Shown piece by piece: positions 54,439-64,000 of a stretch of DNA of 64,000 nt. How positions within the stretch are numbered: the stretch's first letter is position 1; every line of letters starts with the position of its first letter. The translations under genes were made by a program, and so were the position numbers. Below the pieces are notes generated by a model. It searched no databases, had not been told where the DNA came from, and saw nothing but the letters and a program-made list of their open reading frames with translations. The DNA comes from Symploca sp. SIO2E6 (GTDB lineage Bacteria; Cyanobacteriota; Cyanobacteriia; Cyanobacteriales; Coleofasciculaceae): the NCBI GenBank assembly GCA_010672425.1, contig JAAHGR010000028.1, positions 3,260-67,259 of the forward strand, in the 5' to 3' direction.

Positions 54439-57098
54439 TGCTCAGTGTGAAACGAGCCAGCAGCGACCAGTATTTTACCTCCTCTTCCAAACACGACTAC
54501 TACGTTAGTAACACAGGCTCTTGGTTTGGATTGGGAGCAGAAAAACTTGGACTCTCTGGTGAGATTGAGGCAAGCCATTTTGAGAACATCTTCTATGGCT
54601 ATCATCCCTTTGCCCCTTATGGAGAAAAGCCCTTGGTGCAAAATGCAGGCAAATGGCAGCGGGTGACATTAAGGAATGGCAAGCAGGTTGTCCAGGAGCG
54701 CCGCCACGCTTGGGATTTGACCTTTTCTGCACCAAAATCAGTTAGCATACTCTGGGCGCTTTCTCCTGAACCGATTCGGGTTATTATCGAGCAATCACAT
54801 ATGGCAGCGGTTAAGGAGGTACTTTCCTGGGGTGAACAGGAATTTGGCTCTATCCGTCGCGGTAGAAATGGTGTTGAGATTCAAAAAGCGTCTTTGCTCA
54901 TCGGACTCTTTCAACATGGGGCAAGCAGGGAGTTAGACCCACAACTTCATACCCATTGCTGTGTGCTTGGGGTTGGTGTGACAGAAGATGGTCATACCGG
55001 ACAGATTCAAAGTTATGATTTTTATCGTAACAAGATGCTACTTGGTGCAGCCTATAGGGCAGCATTGGCAAGAGAACTTGAGGAGCGTTTAGCAGTAGCA
55101 GTTAGACCCCACAAAGAACATCATGTCAAAAGTTTTGAGTTAGTCGGGGTTCCCCAAGAGGTGATTGATGGGTTCTCTAAAAGGGCGCAGCAAATTACAG
55201 AAGCCTTAAAAGAGAAGGGGTACACCGAAGGGATGCGGGCAGATTCCAAGGTAGCAGAAAGGCTTACCCTGATTACCAGAAAGCATAAGAGCGGTGTTGG
55301 TGAGAGTAAACTGTTTGAGCAGTGGCAAAGGGAAGGGGAGTCGCTTGGGTTTAGCCAAACAGAGGCGGTGCAGGTTATCGGAAAATTAGTACGGGATGCT
55401 CAAAGCCTTGGAGCGCAGCCACGGGAGACAGTACGGGAAGGGGTAGCAGAACTGATAAGCCGCAAGAGCTATTTTTCTCGGTATGAGCTTTTGCGTAGAA
55501 GTTTAGAGCTGGCACAGTTTTCTGGCATAGGGTTTGGTAAAGCCCTTTCAGGAGTAGAGCAGTGGATTGGCAACAGCCATGAGCAATGGACAAATGCTCC
55601 TGAGCAAGCAGTGGTACTTGGAGAGCGCTTTGGTGAGATGCAGTACTCAACCCAGGCTATGATTGACCTTGAGCGTGAGATGATGGGTAAGGTTACAAGG
55701 CTTAAAGAGCAGGAAGCCTTTGCTGTGAGAGAGTCCACTGTTCAAGAGGTTATCTCCGAACGAGAGAAGGCAGGAATACCTTTGCGCCAGGAGCAGGAGG
55801 AAGCCGTGTGGTATCTGGCTACTGGTCTGGGAAAGGTGAAGGTACTAACCGGTGTTCCAGGAGCAGGGAAAACTGAAGTTTTAGGAGTGCTAAAGACAAT
55901 CTTTGAACAAGAAGGGTATCGAGTGATTGGTGTAGCACTCCAGGGGCGAACGGCTGAAGACCTGGAGCGAAAAACGGGAGCCAGGAGTGAGACAATTCAT
56001 AAGACGGTTTTGCTCAATGAAGAAGGAAACTTTGTAATTGATCCGTTACTCATCAAAGCCGTTGAGTCCGGCAGAGCCACTTACAAGCAGCGGGAGTTTT
56101 ATGCAGGACTTCTCCAACGGATGCAGCATGAGATTGACGATCGCACTGTAGTTCTTACTGATGAAGGCAGCATGGTGGACACTCCACTGTTGAAGCGTCT
56201 GATAGATGCGGTTGAGCTATCAAGAGCACAATTAGTGCTGGCAGGTGATGCCAACCAGCTTGCTCCTATAGGAGCAGGTGGAGGCTTTGCTGCAATCTCA
56301 GAAGCCGTAGGATATGCCATGCTCACTGAACCAGTGAGGCAGCAGCAAGAATGGCAAAGAGACCAGACAAAGCATTTGGCACGAGGTGAAGTTGAGAAAG
56401 CAATAAGAGCCTACCAAGAATCAGGGCGTCTTAAAGTTGAGCCAACTCTTGAGAAAGCCCGAAGTAGTTTGATTCAAGACTGGAAAGCTTACGGGCTAAA
56501 GAATCCCCAAGACCATGTAATCATTGCTATGACCAATGCTGAAGCTTCAGCCTACAACAAAGCGGCGCAAGAGGCACGGCAGATGGCAGGAGAGATAGGC
56601 GGGGAGAGTTTGAAGGTAGGGGGAAATAGATTTTATGAAGGAGATAGGATTCTGTTTCGACGAGCCGCTGTAGACGAATTTGTACCATTTCGCCGCTATG
56701 GAGTAAGAAACGGTCAATTTGCCACGATTGAGCGGGTAGATTCCTTTGAGGCGGAAATCAGTGTACGGCTGGACAACGGCACACGAGTTACCATTCCCGT
56801 AGATGAGCTTCCCCATTTTCGCTTGGGCTATGCCGGAACAACCCACTTTTTTCAAGGAGAGAGCGTATCTCGTACCTTTGTCCATGTTGGCGGCTCAATG
56901 CAGGACATGGAGCAGACGGTGGTGCAGCTAACCCGCCACAGGCAAGATGTCATGATGTACACCGATATGGAGCAGGCAGGAGATGAGCTAAGAAAACTTC
57001 TCTCCCAGATGGAGCGTTCAAGGCAGAAAGAGCTTGCGGTAAATGTGCTGGAAGCTCACGAAGTCATGCAGCAGCAGAGCTATGGAGTGGTTTGGTAA
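54438..57098 (+). CDS. MobF-family (TrwC/TraA-like) relaxase fused to an SF1 helicase
   Basis: HDYYVSNTGSWFGLGAEKLGL, FSAPKSVS, HGASRELDPQLHTHCCV relaxase motifs. GVPGAGKTE, LTDEGSMVD and LAGDANQLAPIGAGG helicase motifs. Confidence 0.85.
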   Translation: MLSVKRASSDQYFTSSSKHDYYVSNTGSWFGLGAEKLGLSGEIEASHFENIFYGYHPFAPYGEKPLVQNAGKWQRVTLRNGKQVVQERRHAWDLTFSAPKSVSILWALSPEPIRVIIEQSHMAAVKEVLSWGEQEFGSIRRGRNGVEIQKASLLIGLFQHGASRELDPQLHTHCCVLGVGVTEDGHTGQIQSYDFYRNKMLLGAAYRAALARELEERLAVAVRPHKEHHVKSFELVGVPQEVIDGFSKRAQQITEALKEKGYTEGMRADSKVAERLTLITRKHKSGVGESKLFEQWQREGESLGFSQTEAVQVIGKLVRDAQSLGAQPRETVREGVAELISRKSYFSRYELLRRSLELAQFSGIGFGKALSGVEQWIGNSHEQWTNAPEQAVVLGERFGEMQYSTQAMIDLEREMMGKVTRLKEQEAFAVRESTVQEVISEREKAGIPLRQEQEEAVWYLATGLGKVKVLTGVPGAGKTEVLGVLKTIFEQEGYRVIGVALQGRTAEDLERKTGARSETIHKTVLLNEEGNFVIDPLLIKAVESGRATYKQREFYAGLLQRMQHEIDDRTVVLTDEGSMVDTPLLKRLIDAVELSRAQLVLAGDANQLAPIGAGGGFAAISEAVGYAMLTEPVRQQQEWQRDQTKHLARGEVEKAIRAYQESGRLKVEPTLEKARSSLIQDWKAYGLKNPQDHVIIAMTNAEASAYNKAAQEARQMAGEIGGESLKVGGNRFYEGDRILFRRAAVDEFVPFRRYGVRNGQFATIERVDSFEAEISVRLDNGTRVTIPVDELPHFRLGYAGTTHFFQGESVSRTFVHVGGSMQDMEQTVVQLTRHRQDVMMYTDMEQAGDELRKLLSQMERSRQKELAVNVLEAHEVMQQQSYGVVW

Positions 57099-59124
57099 AA
57101 GTCTTGCTAAGCTTGGGCACAAAGAGCTGGTAGGTGTTCTCCTTGCTGAGATAGTTTTTCTCGTTGCTGCCTTTGGCATAACCCACTACCTCATTGAGAC
57201 AGCAGGACTTGAGTGGTGGCAATTTTGGCTGAGGCTTATCCCCTTGGTGGTTGGTTACGGTTTTTTTGAGCTTATCACCGGTATCGTGTTGCACTTAAAG
57301 GAGAATACCAGACTTCGGGGTGACAGTTTTATTCTGTATTTATACAAAACGGTAAGGCGAGTCTCAGTTCTTTGGATTGCTCCGCCGTTATTTGGGATAA
57401 TTTTCTATTACCTGATACTTAAACAATTCAATCACGGGCTTCTTGCAGCCACTTTTGGCTTTATTGCTGCATTTATCTGTTTCTATCTGGCTGACCGAGC
57501 ATTTCCTGTAGAGACGCAAGAGGGAGAGCGTAAAATAGTGCAGGGTGGGCAACTGCTCTCCTATGAGGAAGCTTCAAGCAGGTCAGAGGAGGTTACAAAA
57601 AACAAACAGTTTCGCGTCCTGTTAGGCGGAATCTGGCTACCCCTGGAAGCACTGTTTAGCCACGTCCTGATTATGGGCGCACCAGGAAGCGGAAAAACTT
57701 TGCTCATTCGAGGGTTCATCAAACATCTTTTTCAATGGATTGGTAAAGGATATCAACAAAAAGCCTTTGTCTATAGCAACAAAAATCAAGACCTCTCCTA
57801 CCTTTCAGCTCTTCGCCTCACAGGTGAGATAGATTGCTCTATTGTTATCCTTACCCCAGGTGATGTGAGAGCAGTTAAGCCCGACTTGGCTTCATCTGTT
57901 ACGGATGAGGCAATGGCGTTGGCACTGGCTAGAAGTCTTGTTCCTTCAGATCCTCAGAGCAAGCAGCCGTATTTTGCCAGGACAGCACAGATAGTTCTCT
58001 CAGGTCTGATACAAGCCTTGATGGAATTGTATCCTGGCACATGGGGCTTGCGACATCTGCTTTTGGTTTCAGAGAGTGCAGAGCGCATCAGACAGGTTTT
58101 AGAGAAAGTACCTTACACCAAGCGGTACATTGAACAACACGCCAAGGAAGGAAAAGCTGAAGATACCCTGCAAAATGTCATTTCGGAATTAGGTGGTAAG
58201 CTCGAACCCTACCGCCCTCTGGCTGCACTGTGGGAAAAAGCCGAGAGTACACTTGACCTGGAAGATTGGGTAATGCACCAAGAGTCTATACTCTACTGTG
58301 GCTATGACGAAAAGCGTCCAGAGGTTTCAGCTTTAGCCATCAGGATTTATGTTAATCTCCTGGCAATGTTTATTCTCGATTTGCCAGATAATTTCGACAG
58401 GGAGAAAACGCGGCATCGGATGTTTGCCTTTCTGTTGGATGAATTTCCCTCTCTGGAGCGGGTTGATGCCTTGCTGCCACTGCTTTCGAGGGGAAGAGAC
58501 AGAGGGGTTGTTGGAGTGTTGACAGCACAGGCATGGAGTCAGATTAGAAAAGTGTGGGGTGAGGATGATGGGAACTCCATCATGGGACAGATATCCAATA
58601 AGCTGTTTTTGCGTGTTGAAGATGATGTGTCTGAAGCCAAGATCTTGAAGCTGTTTGGCTCCCATAAAAAGCATGAGACAAGTGTGAGTAGGCAACATTC
58701 TGCTCACGGAATTTCTTTGGGAGAGAGAGATGCCATAAAAGATTCACCCCTCATCTCCAGCTCCGAACTATGGAATATTCCACCTCCTTCTGCTGAATAT
58801 GGTATCCAAGGATTTGGCAGAACACCCTGGGTTGGGCGGTATCGGCTGGTTGCACCGTTTGAGATTCCACCCCGCGACCCGAATCAATTAAATTATGCTC
58901 GTCGTGATAATGCTGATATGAGATTGGCAGATTTTGACAAGTCGGAAAAGTCCCATCTTGGCATCACTGAAAAGAACAAACCAAAGGGGCAACGCAACTC
59001 CGCAGCTCTTGAGGTGACTTTACCGCAGCGGCAAGACAGAGAGGAACGTTCACCATCGGTTCAGCGTGAGAAGAGACGAGCGAAGGAGGTTAATTTGCGG
59101 CTCATTGGAGCCAAGGTGGATTGA
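57082..59124 (+). CDS. Second type IV coupling protein (TraD/TraG-like)
   Basis: N-terminal TMs, GAPGSGKT, FAFLLDEFPSL, GVLTAQAWSQIRKVWG. The ATG at 57082 overlaps the relaxase end. Confidence 0.75.
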   Translation: MEWFGKSLAKLGHKELVGVLLAEIVFLVAAFGITHYLIETAGLEWWQFWLRLIPLVVGYGFFELITGIVLHLKENTRLRGDSFILYLYKTVRRVSVLWIAPPLFGIIFYYLILKQFNHGLLAATFGFIAAFICFYLADRAFPVETQEGERKIVQGGQLLSYEEASSRSEEVTKNKQFRVLLGGIWLPLEALFSHVLIMGAPGSGKTLLIRGFIKHLFQWIGKGYQQKAFVYSNKNQDLSYLSALRLTGEIDCSIVILTPGDVRAVKPDLASSVTDEAMALALARSLVPSDPQSKQPYFARTAQIVLSGLIQALMELYPGTWGLRHLLLVSESAERIRQVLEKVPYTKRYIEQHAKEGKAEDTLQNVISELGGKLEPYRPLAALWEKAESTLDLEDWVMHQESILYCGYDEKRPEVSALAIRIYVNLLAMFILDLPDNFDREKTRHRMFAFLLDEFPSLERVDALLPLLSRGRDRGVVGVLTAQAWSQIRKVWGEDDGNSIMGQISNKLFLRVEDDVSEAKILKLFGSHKKHETSVSRQHSAHGISLGERDAIKDSPLISSSELWNIPPPSAEYGIQGFGRTPWVGRYRLVAPFEIPPRDPNQLNYARRDNADMRLADFDKSEKSHLGITEKNKPKGQRNSAALEVTLPQRQDREERSPSVQREKRRAKEVNLRLIGAKVD

Positions 59125-59442
59125 GCTGAGGAAAGGAGTTAGGCAATAGTTTGAGGACTCACGCTCAAAGAAACTGGAATGGTGATTTTAATCGGCAGCA
59201 AATCTTGATAATGTCCTTTGAGAGAAAGGATTTGTTCGTCAGTTAGAGGTACAAACAGCACTTTCAAGTTGTTGTGCTATGGAAGGTATGTATGAAAAGG
59301 CGGTTGCTAACATTGTCAAGCAAGGGTTGCAGGATATGTTCTTAGGGCGTTGTCGAAGAATTGTCGAGGAAACATCAGGGACAGGATGGGGATTCCATGA
59401 TGCTCTCAGCGATATATATGATGAGGCTTTTTGAGTGTTTGT

Positions 59443-60087
59443 CTATGTATCTTCTTTCATTAATTGGGGAAACTTCTGTGTTAAATTTTGTCCCAAATAG
59501 TACTGACACCAAAACTCAGCAATTTCCAGCAGCATAGGAGCAGAGGATGGAATCAAGCCTGTGCCGTATTGAGGTTCATAGCCTTCGACATATTCTCTAG
59601 CCAATTTATAAGCCCAGGCCGAAAAATCTGGCTCAACAAAACAGCGCAGAGCATAGTCAAGTTTGAGCAGATAACCACTGCGGACAAAATGCACGGTAGA
59701 CCAATGAACTTTGCGTACATCGTCTCCTTGCAACTCATCTATCTGCCTCAATAGCTTCCTGATAGATTGCTTGCCTTCATGAGTGGGAGTTTCCAGGAAG
59801 CTTTCCATCATCTCAATCCCATCAGCAATAACACTTTTGTGAGTCTCCAATTCTTCAGGAGTGAAATCGCTGCGAGGGGAGGCGGTGTTGATTTGCAGCT
59901 CAACCTGTTTTGAGAAATGAAGAGCAAACTTTTGAGCAGCTATTTCATCTTGACAAAGGCTTTTGATGCTAGTCAGTCGAGTGATTGGTAGTGCAACCCT
60001 AATATTTTGGGTGCGAAGTTGTTGAGCTGTTTCAACCCATTTTTTAATTTTGGCAGCAAACTTTGCCTGTTGAGTTTTCTGTTTCAT
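59443..60087 (-). CDS. Hypothetical protein (214 aa)
   Basis: Long ORF. No motif recognised. Confidence 0.5.
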   Translation of the reverse strand: MKQKTQQAKFAAKIKKWVETAQQLRTQNIRVALPITRLTSIKSLCQDEIAAQKFALHFSKQVELQINTASPRSDFTPEELETHKSVIADGIEMMESFLETPTHEGKQSIRKLLRQIDELQGDDVRKVHWSTVHFVRSGYLLKLDYALRCFVEPDFSAWAYKLAREYVEGYEPQYGTGLIPSSAPMLLEIAEFWCQYYLGQNLTQKFPQLMKEDT

Positions 60088-60304
60088 CGGAGTATGTGGT
60101 TGTGTGGGTCACAAAGTTTGGTTTGTTATTTGGCTTACACATCTCCATCAGTTTTTCCATCTCAGCCGATGTGTTCTGGCTAACCGACAGGTGGGTAGCA
60201 ATGACGTTATATTTTACCAGCCTCAGCTAGAGACACATGTGTTTGGTATTTTTCCAAAGTCCAGGGCTTGCATACCGCCTGGGCTTCTTTCCATGTGCTT
60301 TCCT

Positions 60305-60472
60305 TCAAGGTTTATCTCCACTCTCCAATTTTTTGTGTCTCACCTCTGGTCTTTCCGCCCAGATGTGTTTGTGATAGCAACGCTTGCAAACTCTTGGCGG
60401 ACAGTTTTTATATTTCCAAGGGGGGCGTTTTTTGCAGATTCGACAAACAGGTTGTTTTTTTCGTTTTGACAT
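60305..60472 (-). CDS. Small basic zinc-ribbon protein
   Basis: Two CxxC pairs (VCRIC, VCKRC). Start at the internal ATG at 60472. Confidence 0.4.
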   Translation of the reverse strand: MSKRKKQPVCRICKKRPPWKYKNCPPRVCKRCYHKHIWAERPEVRHKKLESGDKP

Positions 60473-60559
60473 AGGACATATACAAGCAAATGGGTGAGCG
60501 GGTGTTAGCTTAATTCTAAAGCCGTACACTTAGTTTTTCACCTTAAGCTGTGCCTGAAG

Positions 60560-60580
60560 GGTATCACAAAATGTGATACC
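60560..60580. promoter_or_regulatory. Perfect 9-bp-arm palindrome (operator candidate)
   Basis: ggtatcaca aaa tgtgatacc, between divergent genes. Confidence 0.5.
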
Positions 60581-60740
60581 AAAAGAAGTTTTCAACTTTT
60601 AAGAAATAAATTGCGCCCTGTTTTCATTGCGCCAATACTAAATCCCTCAACAAAACGGTAACGGGTAGAGGAGGACAGGAAAAGGCGAAGGGATGAAGGT
60701 TTCCCTGCCTTTTTTGTTGCGCGTAAGAGATTAACAAATT

Positions 60741-63700
60741 ATGGAACAAGAGCAGCTTTCGCTGTTTGATACGAGCGCGGTTATTAAGGCACGTCCCTAT
60801 GAAGTAAATCTTGTAGAAGTAGCACAGAAGATATCAGAACATTTTTGGGCTTCCCACAAGCTTCATTCCAACCAAGTACGCACCTGGATGAGCAAAGCGT
60901 TTGGAGGCAGTGATGCCGAGGGGAGCTGGAGTTGGAAAGATGTGTATGAAGCCCAGGAAGCTGCATTTGTACTGCTGTGTGCAAGACAAGGCAGAGGCTT
61001 TTTGCAAGGTTCTACTGCTGATGTTCTTAAGCGATTGGCAGTGGTTAAGAGTTTGGGACTTACCCACACCAAGCGCAGTGAAGAGAGTGTTGCCTTACAG
61101 CAGTTCTCAACACCATTTGAGCTTGGGTATTTAGCTATCAAGTGCGCTCAGATTCAGCCAACAGACCTTGTGCTTGAACCCTCTGCCGGAACGGGCATTC
61201 TGGCACGTCTGGCAGAGGTAGAGGGTGCAACGGTGGTACTCAATGAGCTGAGTAAACATCGTACTGCAATCCTGCGGAAACTGTTTCCAGGACAAACCGT
61301 TTATTCATTCAATGCTGAACAGATAAACGATTACCTCCCTGGTGGGATTTGTCCCACGGTAGTTGTCATGAATCCGCCGTTTTCTGCAAGTCCCAATATT
61401 GACCGCCGAAATTCATTTGCACTGAGCAATCATGTGCGCTCGGCGTTCCTGCGGCTTGCCCCTGGTGGACGCCTGGTGCTGATCTCAGCCCATTGGTTTT
61501 ATCCAGGGCGTAAGGAATGGCAGGAAGCGTTTAGAGGATTAACCGATGTTCGAGTTTGTCTAACCGCCTGGGTGGACGGATGTGTGTATGTCAAACACGG
61601 CACATCAATGGAAACCCGCTTGACGGTAATTGATAAGGTTGCTCTACATGATAGCAGTGAACCTGCTCACTTTAACCTTGAGCAGAAACTTGCTGCGGTA
61701 AGGATTGAGGGTAAAGCTACGCAAGTACGCTCCTTCAATCCCCATGAGTTAGACAGGCTTCTTGCCGCACTGCCAGCCAGGGCGGTTCAGGAACCACCAG
61801 CAGTTAAGCCTCATCAGGGTAGCCAAGTAACCAAGAGGCAGAAAGCCAAGGAGAGGGGGAACAAGCAAACCCCATTGAAAAAAGACCGCTTGCAGCAGTC
61901 TTTAACCGAGTCTCTGCCCTTGTGGACAGGTATTCCAACACTTCAATCGGAGGAGGAAAGCACATCCACAGGGCTTACTCAGCCTTCAGTTCCGGTAAGC
62001 TATGACCTGAAAGAAGCTCAAGAGGAAGCAAAGCCTCTTGCTGAAACACTCTATGAAGTATACCAGCCGCAGCGCATAGCTATCCACGGAGCATTACCGC
62101 ATCCCACAACACTTTGCGAATCAGCAGCTCTATCCTCGGTGAAACCTCCGGCTGTAAGCTATCAGCCTCTTCTTGCACCTTCTGTGGTAGAGAAAGGGCT
62201 GTTATCAGAGGTGCAGTTGGAGTCAGTCATTTACGCAGGGGAAGCCCACTCACATCTTTTGAGAGGCTTTTATCTGGTTAGTGAATCGTTTGATAAAGTT
62301 GAGGTGACAAGCAGCGACCATCCCGATGCTGTACAGTTTCGCCGAGGCTGGTTTCTGGGTGACGGTACAGGTACGGGCAAGGGAAGACAGGTAGCAGGTG
62401 TTATTCTCGATAATTGGAATAACAAACGCACCAAAGCCTTGTGGATATCCAAGTCTGACAAGCTTATAGAAGATGCTCGTCGTGATTGGGTGGCATTGGG
62501 TGGAAGCCCCAAAGATATTATCTCACTGTCTCGCTATAAGCTGGGAGAAGAGATTGTCTTAAGCAAAGGCATCATCTTCACCACCTATGCAACCTTGCGA
62601 AGAGAGAAGCCAGGGAAAAAATCCCGATTGCAGCAACTCATTGACTGGCTTGGACGGGATTTTGAAGGGGTAATTGCTTTTGATGAGTCTCACGCAATGG
62701 GAAATGCTATGGCAGAGGCAGGGGAGAGAGGCATGAAGGCAGCGTCTCAACAAGGACTTGCCGGACTGCGGCTGCAAAATGCTCTACCCAAGGCACGAGT
62801 GCTTTACGTTTCAGCAACAGGGGCAACAGAGGTAAGCAATCTTGCCTATGCTACTCGCCTCGGACTGTGGCAAACGGGGGATTTTCCCTTTCCAAGTCGT
62901 GCTGATTTTATCAGCTCCATTGAGGCAGGTGGTGTGGCAGCAATGGAGGTTGTCTGCCGTGATTTGAAAGCTCTTGGGCTTTACTTTGCCCGTAATTTGA
63001 GCTTTGACGGGGTACAATATGAGGCACTCGAAGTTCCACTTTCTGCTGAGCAGGTAGGTATCTATGATGCCTACGCTCAAGCCTTCCAGGTGATTCATTC
63101 TCACATGGAAGAGGCGCTAAAAGCCTGCCATATTGTTGCTTCTAACGATAAGACGCTCAACCGTCAGGCGAAGATGGCTGCAAAGGCAATGTTTGAGTCC
63201 CACAAGCAGCGGTTCTTCAATCATCTGATTACCGCCATTAAGTGTCCCATACTCATGCGGTCGATTGAGGATGACTTACAAAAAGGTCTTGCTGTGGTGA
63301 TTCAGATTGTCTCAACGAATGAGGAGCTGATGAAGCGTCGGCTGGCTGAGATTCCGGTGGAGGAATGGCATGATCTCAACATTGACATCACCCCACGGGA
63401 GTATGTGATGGAATATCTTGTTCATGCTTTCCCCATTCACCTCTATGAAAGCTACATGACAGAGGATGGTGATGTGCTATCGCGTCAAGTGCTTGACGGC
63501 GAGGGCAATCCTGTTATCTGCCAAGAGGCATTAGCTAAACGAGATAAGCTCATTGAGCGATTAGCCAGCCTACCGCCACTTCCAGGGGCGCTTGACCAAC
63601 TGATTCATCACTTCGGACACGAACAATTAGCTGAGGTAACAGGGCGATCGCAAAGGATTCTCTGTGAGCCGGAAACCGGACGGATGTTTGTGAGCAAACG

Positions 63701-64000
63701 TCCCGCATCTGCCAACATTGATGAAGCCCAAAGCTTTATGGATGGCAAAAAGCAGATTCTCATCTTCAGCGATGCGGGAGGAACAGGCAGAAGTTATCAT
63801 GCAGACCTGTGCTGCAAAAACACTCGTCGTAGGGTTCACTACTTGTTGGAAGCTGGCTGGAGAGCTGATAATGCCATCCAGGGATTGGGACGTTCACATC
63901 GAACCAATCAAGCCTCAGCTCCCATCTTTCGTCCAGTAATTACAGATGTTCGAGGAGAGCGACGCTTTATCTCAACCATAGCACGGCGTCTTGATGCTTT
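60741..64000 (+). CDS. Second N6-methyltransferase / strawberry-notch-like helicase (3-prime end outside the window)
   Basis: ATG at 60741 preceded by an in-frame TAA. LEPSAGTG, VVVMNPPFSAS, FLGDGTGTGKGRQ, AFDESHAMG and GLGRSHRTNQ read in one frame that stays open to the window end. Confidence 0.8.
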   Translation, partial: MEQEQLSLFDTSAVIKARPYEVNLVEVAQKISEHFWASHKLHSNQVRTWMSKAFGGSDAEGSWSWKDVYEAQEAAFVLLCARQGRGFLQGSTADVLKRLAVVKSLGLTHTKRSEESVALQQFSTPFELGYLAIKCAQIQPTDLVLEPSAGTGILARLAEVEGATVVLNELSKHRTAILRKLFPGQTVYSFNAEQINDYLPGGICPTVVVMNPPFSASPNIDRRNSFALSNHVRSAFLRLAPGGRLVLISAHWFYPGRKEWQEAFRGLTDVRVCLTAWVDGCVYVKHGTSMETRLTVIDKVALHDSSEPAHFNLEQKLAAVRIEGKATQVRSFNPHELDRLLAALPARAVQEPPAVKPHQGSQVTKRQKAKERGNKQTPLKKDRLQQSLTESLPLWTGIPTLQSEEESTSTGLTQPSVPVSYDLKEAQEEAKPLAETLYEVYQPQRIAIHGALPHPTTLCESAALSSVKPPAVSYQPLLAPSVVEKGLLSEVQLESVIYAGEAHSHLLRGFYLVSESFDKVEVTSSDHPDAVQFRRGWFLGDGTGTGKGRQVAGVILDNWNNKRTKALWISKSDKLIEDARRDWVALGGSPKDIISLSRYKLGEEIVLSKGIIFTTYATLRREKPGKKSRLQQLIDWLGRDFEGVIAFDESHAMGNAMAEAGERGMKAASQQGLAGLRLQNALPKARVLYVSATGATEVSNLAYATRLGLWQTGDFPFPSRADFISSIEAGGVAAMEVVCRDLKALGLYFARNLSFDGVQYEALEVPLSAEQVGIYDAYAQAFQVIHSHMEEALKACHIVASNDKTLNRQAKMAAKAMFESHKQRFFNHLITAIKCPILMRSIEDDLQKGLAVVIQIVSTNEELMKRRLAEIPVEEWHDLNIDITPREYVMEYLVHAFPIHLYESYMTEDGDVLSRQVLDGEGNPVICQEALAKRDKLIERLASLPPLPGALDQLIHHFGHEQLAEVTGRSQRILCEPETGRMFVSKRPASANIDEAQSFMDGKKQILIFSDAGGTGRSYHADLCCKNTRRRVHYLLEAGWRADNAIQGLGRSHRTNQASAPIFRPVITDVRGERRFISTIARRLDA

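Noticed and set aside
59279-59434. 51-aa plus-strand ORF after the second T4CP gene
   Set aside because: It has no clear ribosome-binding site and no recognisable motif. The evidence is too weak for a feature call.

Overview
The window reads as part of a large cyanobacterial conjugative plasmid or ICE. Taxonomic clues are HIP1 octamers (GCGATCGC), PEP-CTERM proteins and Rpn/DUF4351 genes. All family calls below come from motif reading and synteny by eye; no searches were run.

Content in order:
- 1-8.6 kb: type IV secretion core in virB-like order (VirB4 C-terminus, B5-, B6- and B8-like proteins, a fused B10/B9-like protein, a coupling protein).
- 10.5-16.1 kb: giant N6-methyltransferase plus strawberry-notch-type helicase. 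A second paralog starts at 60.7 kb and runs off the window.
- 16.8-20.3 kb: AT-rich cargo with two PEP-CTERM proteins and a tyrosine recombinase.
- 20.4-24.1 kb: HTH-PIN and XRE-Doc toxin-antitoxin modules and a KfrA-like gene.
- 25-26.8 kb: Rpn-like nuclease plus a duplicated DUF4351 segment fused to a SnoaL-like cyclase.
- About 28.0 kb: a roughly 135-nt interrupted hairpin in a 1-kb non-coding gap.
- 29.2-32.7 kb: orphan MutS-domain-I protein, PAPS-reductase-like PP-loop enzyme, AlkB.
- 33.9-42.6 kb: a 16-gene, translationally coupled minus-strand operon. It runs RHH, ParM, ParR-like, about 10 unknowns including a membrane-anchored P-loop NTPase, then a short tyrosine recombinase beside a 41-bp palindrome. 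This is my best candidate for an undescribed system.
- 43.4-48.8 kb: AEP-like Rep, and a RecD2-like helicase coupled to a CoiA/T5orf172 nuclease-like gene.
- 49-52.3 kb: ParAB with a 24-bp palindrome, and an RPA-type RepA with 22-bp-phased iterons.
- 53.8-59.1 kb: GTCTAC repeats (oriT candidate), RHH accessory protein, MobF relaxase-helicase, second coupling protein.

Backbone functions are duplicated throughout, which suggests a cointegrate or mosaic. I saw no rRNA, tRNA or CRISPR array.
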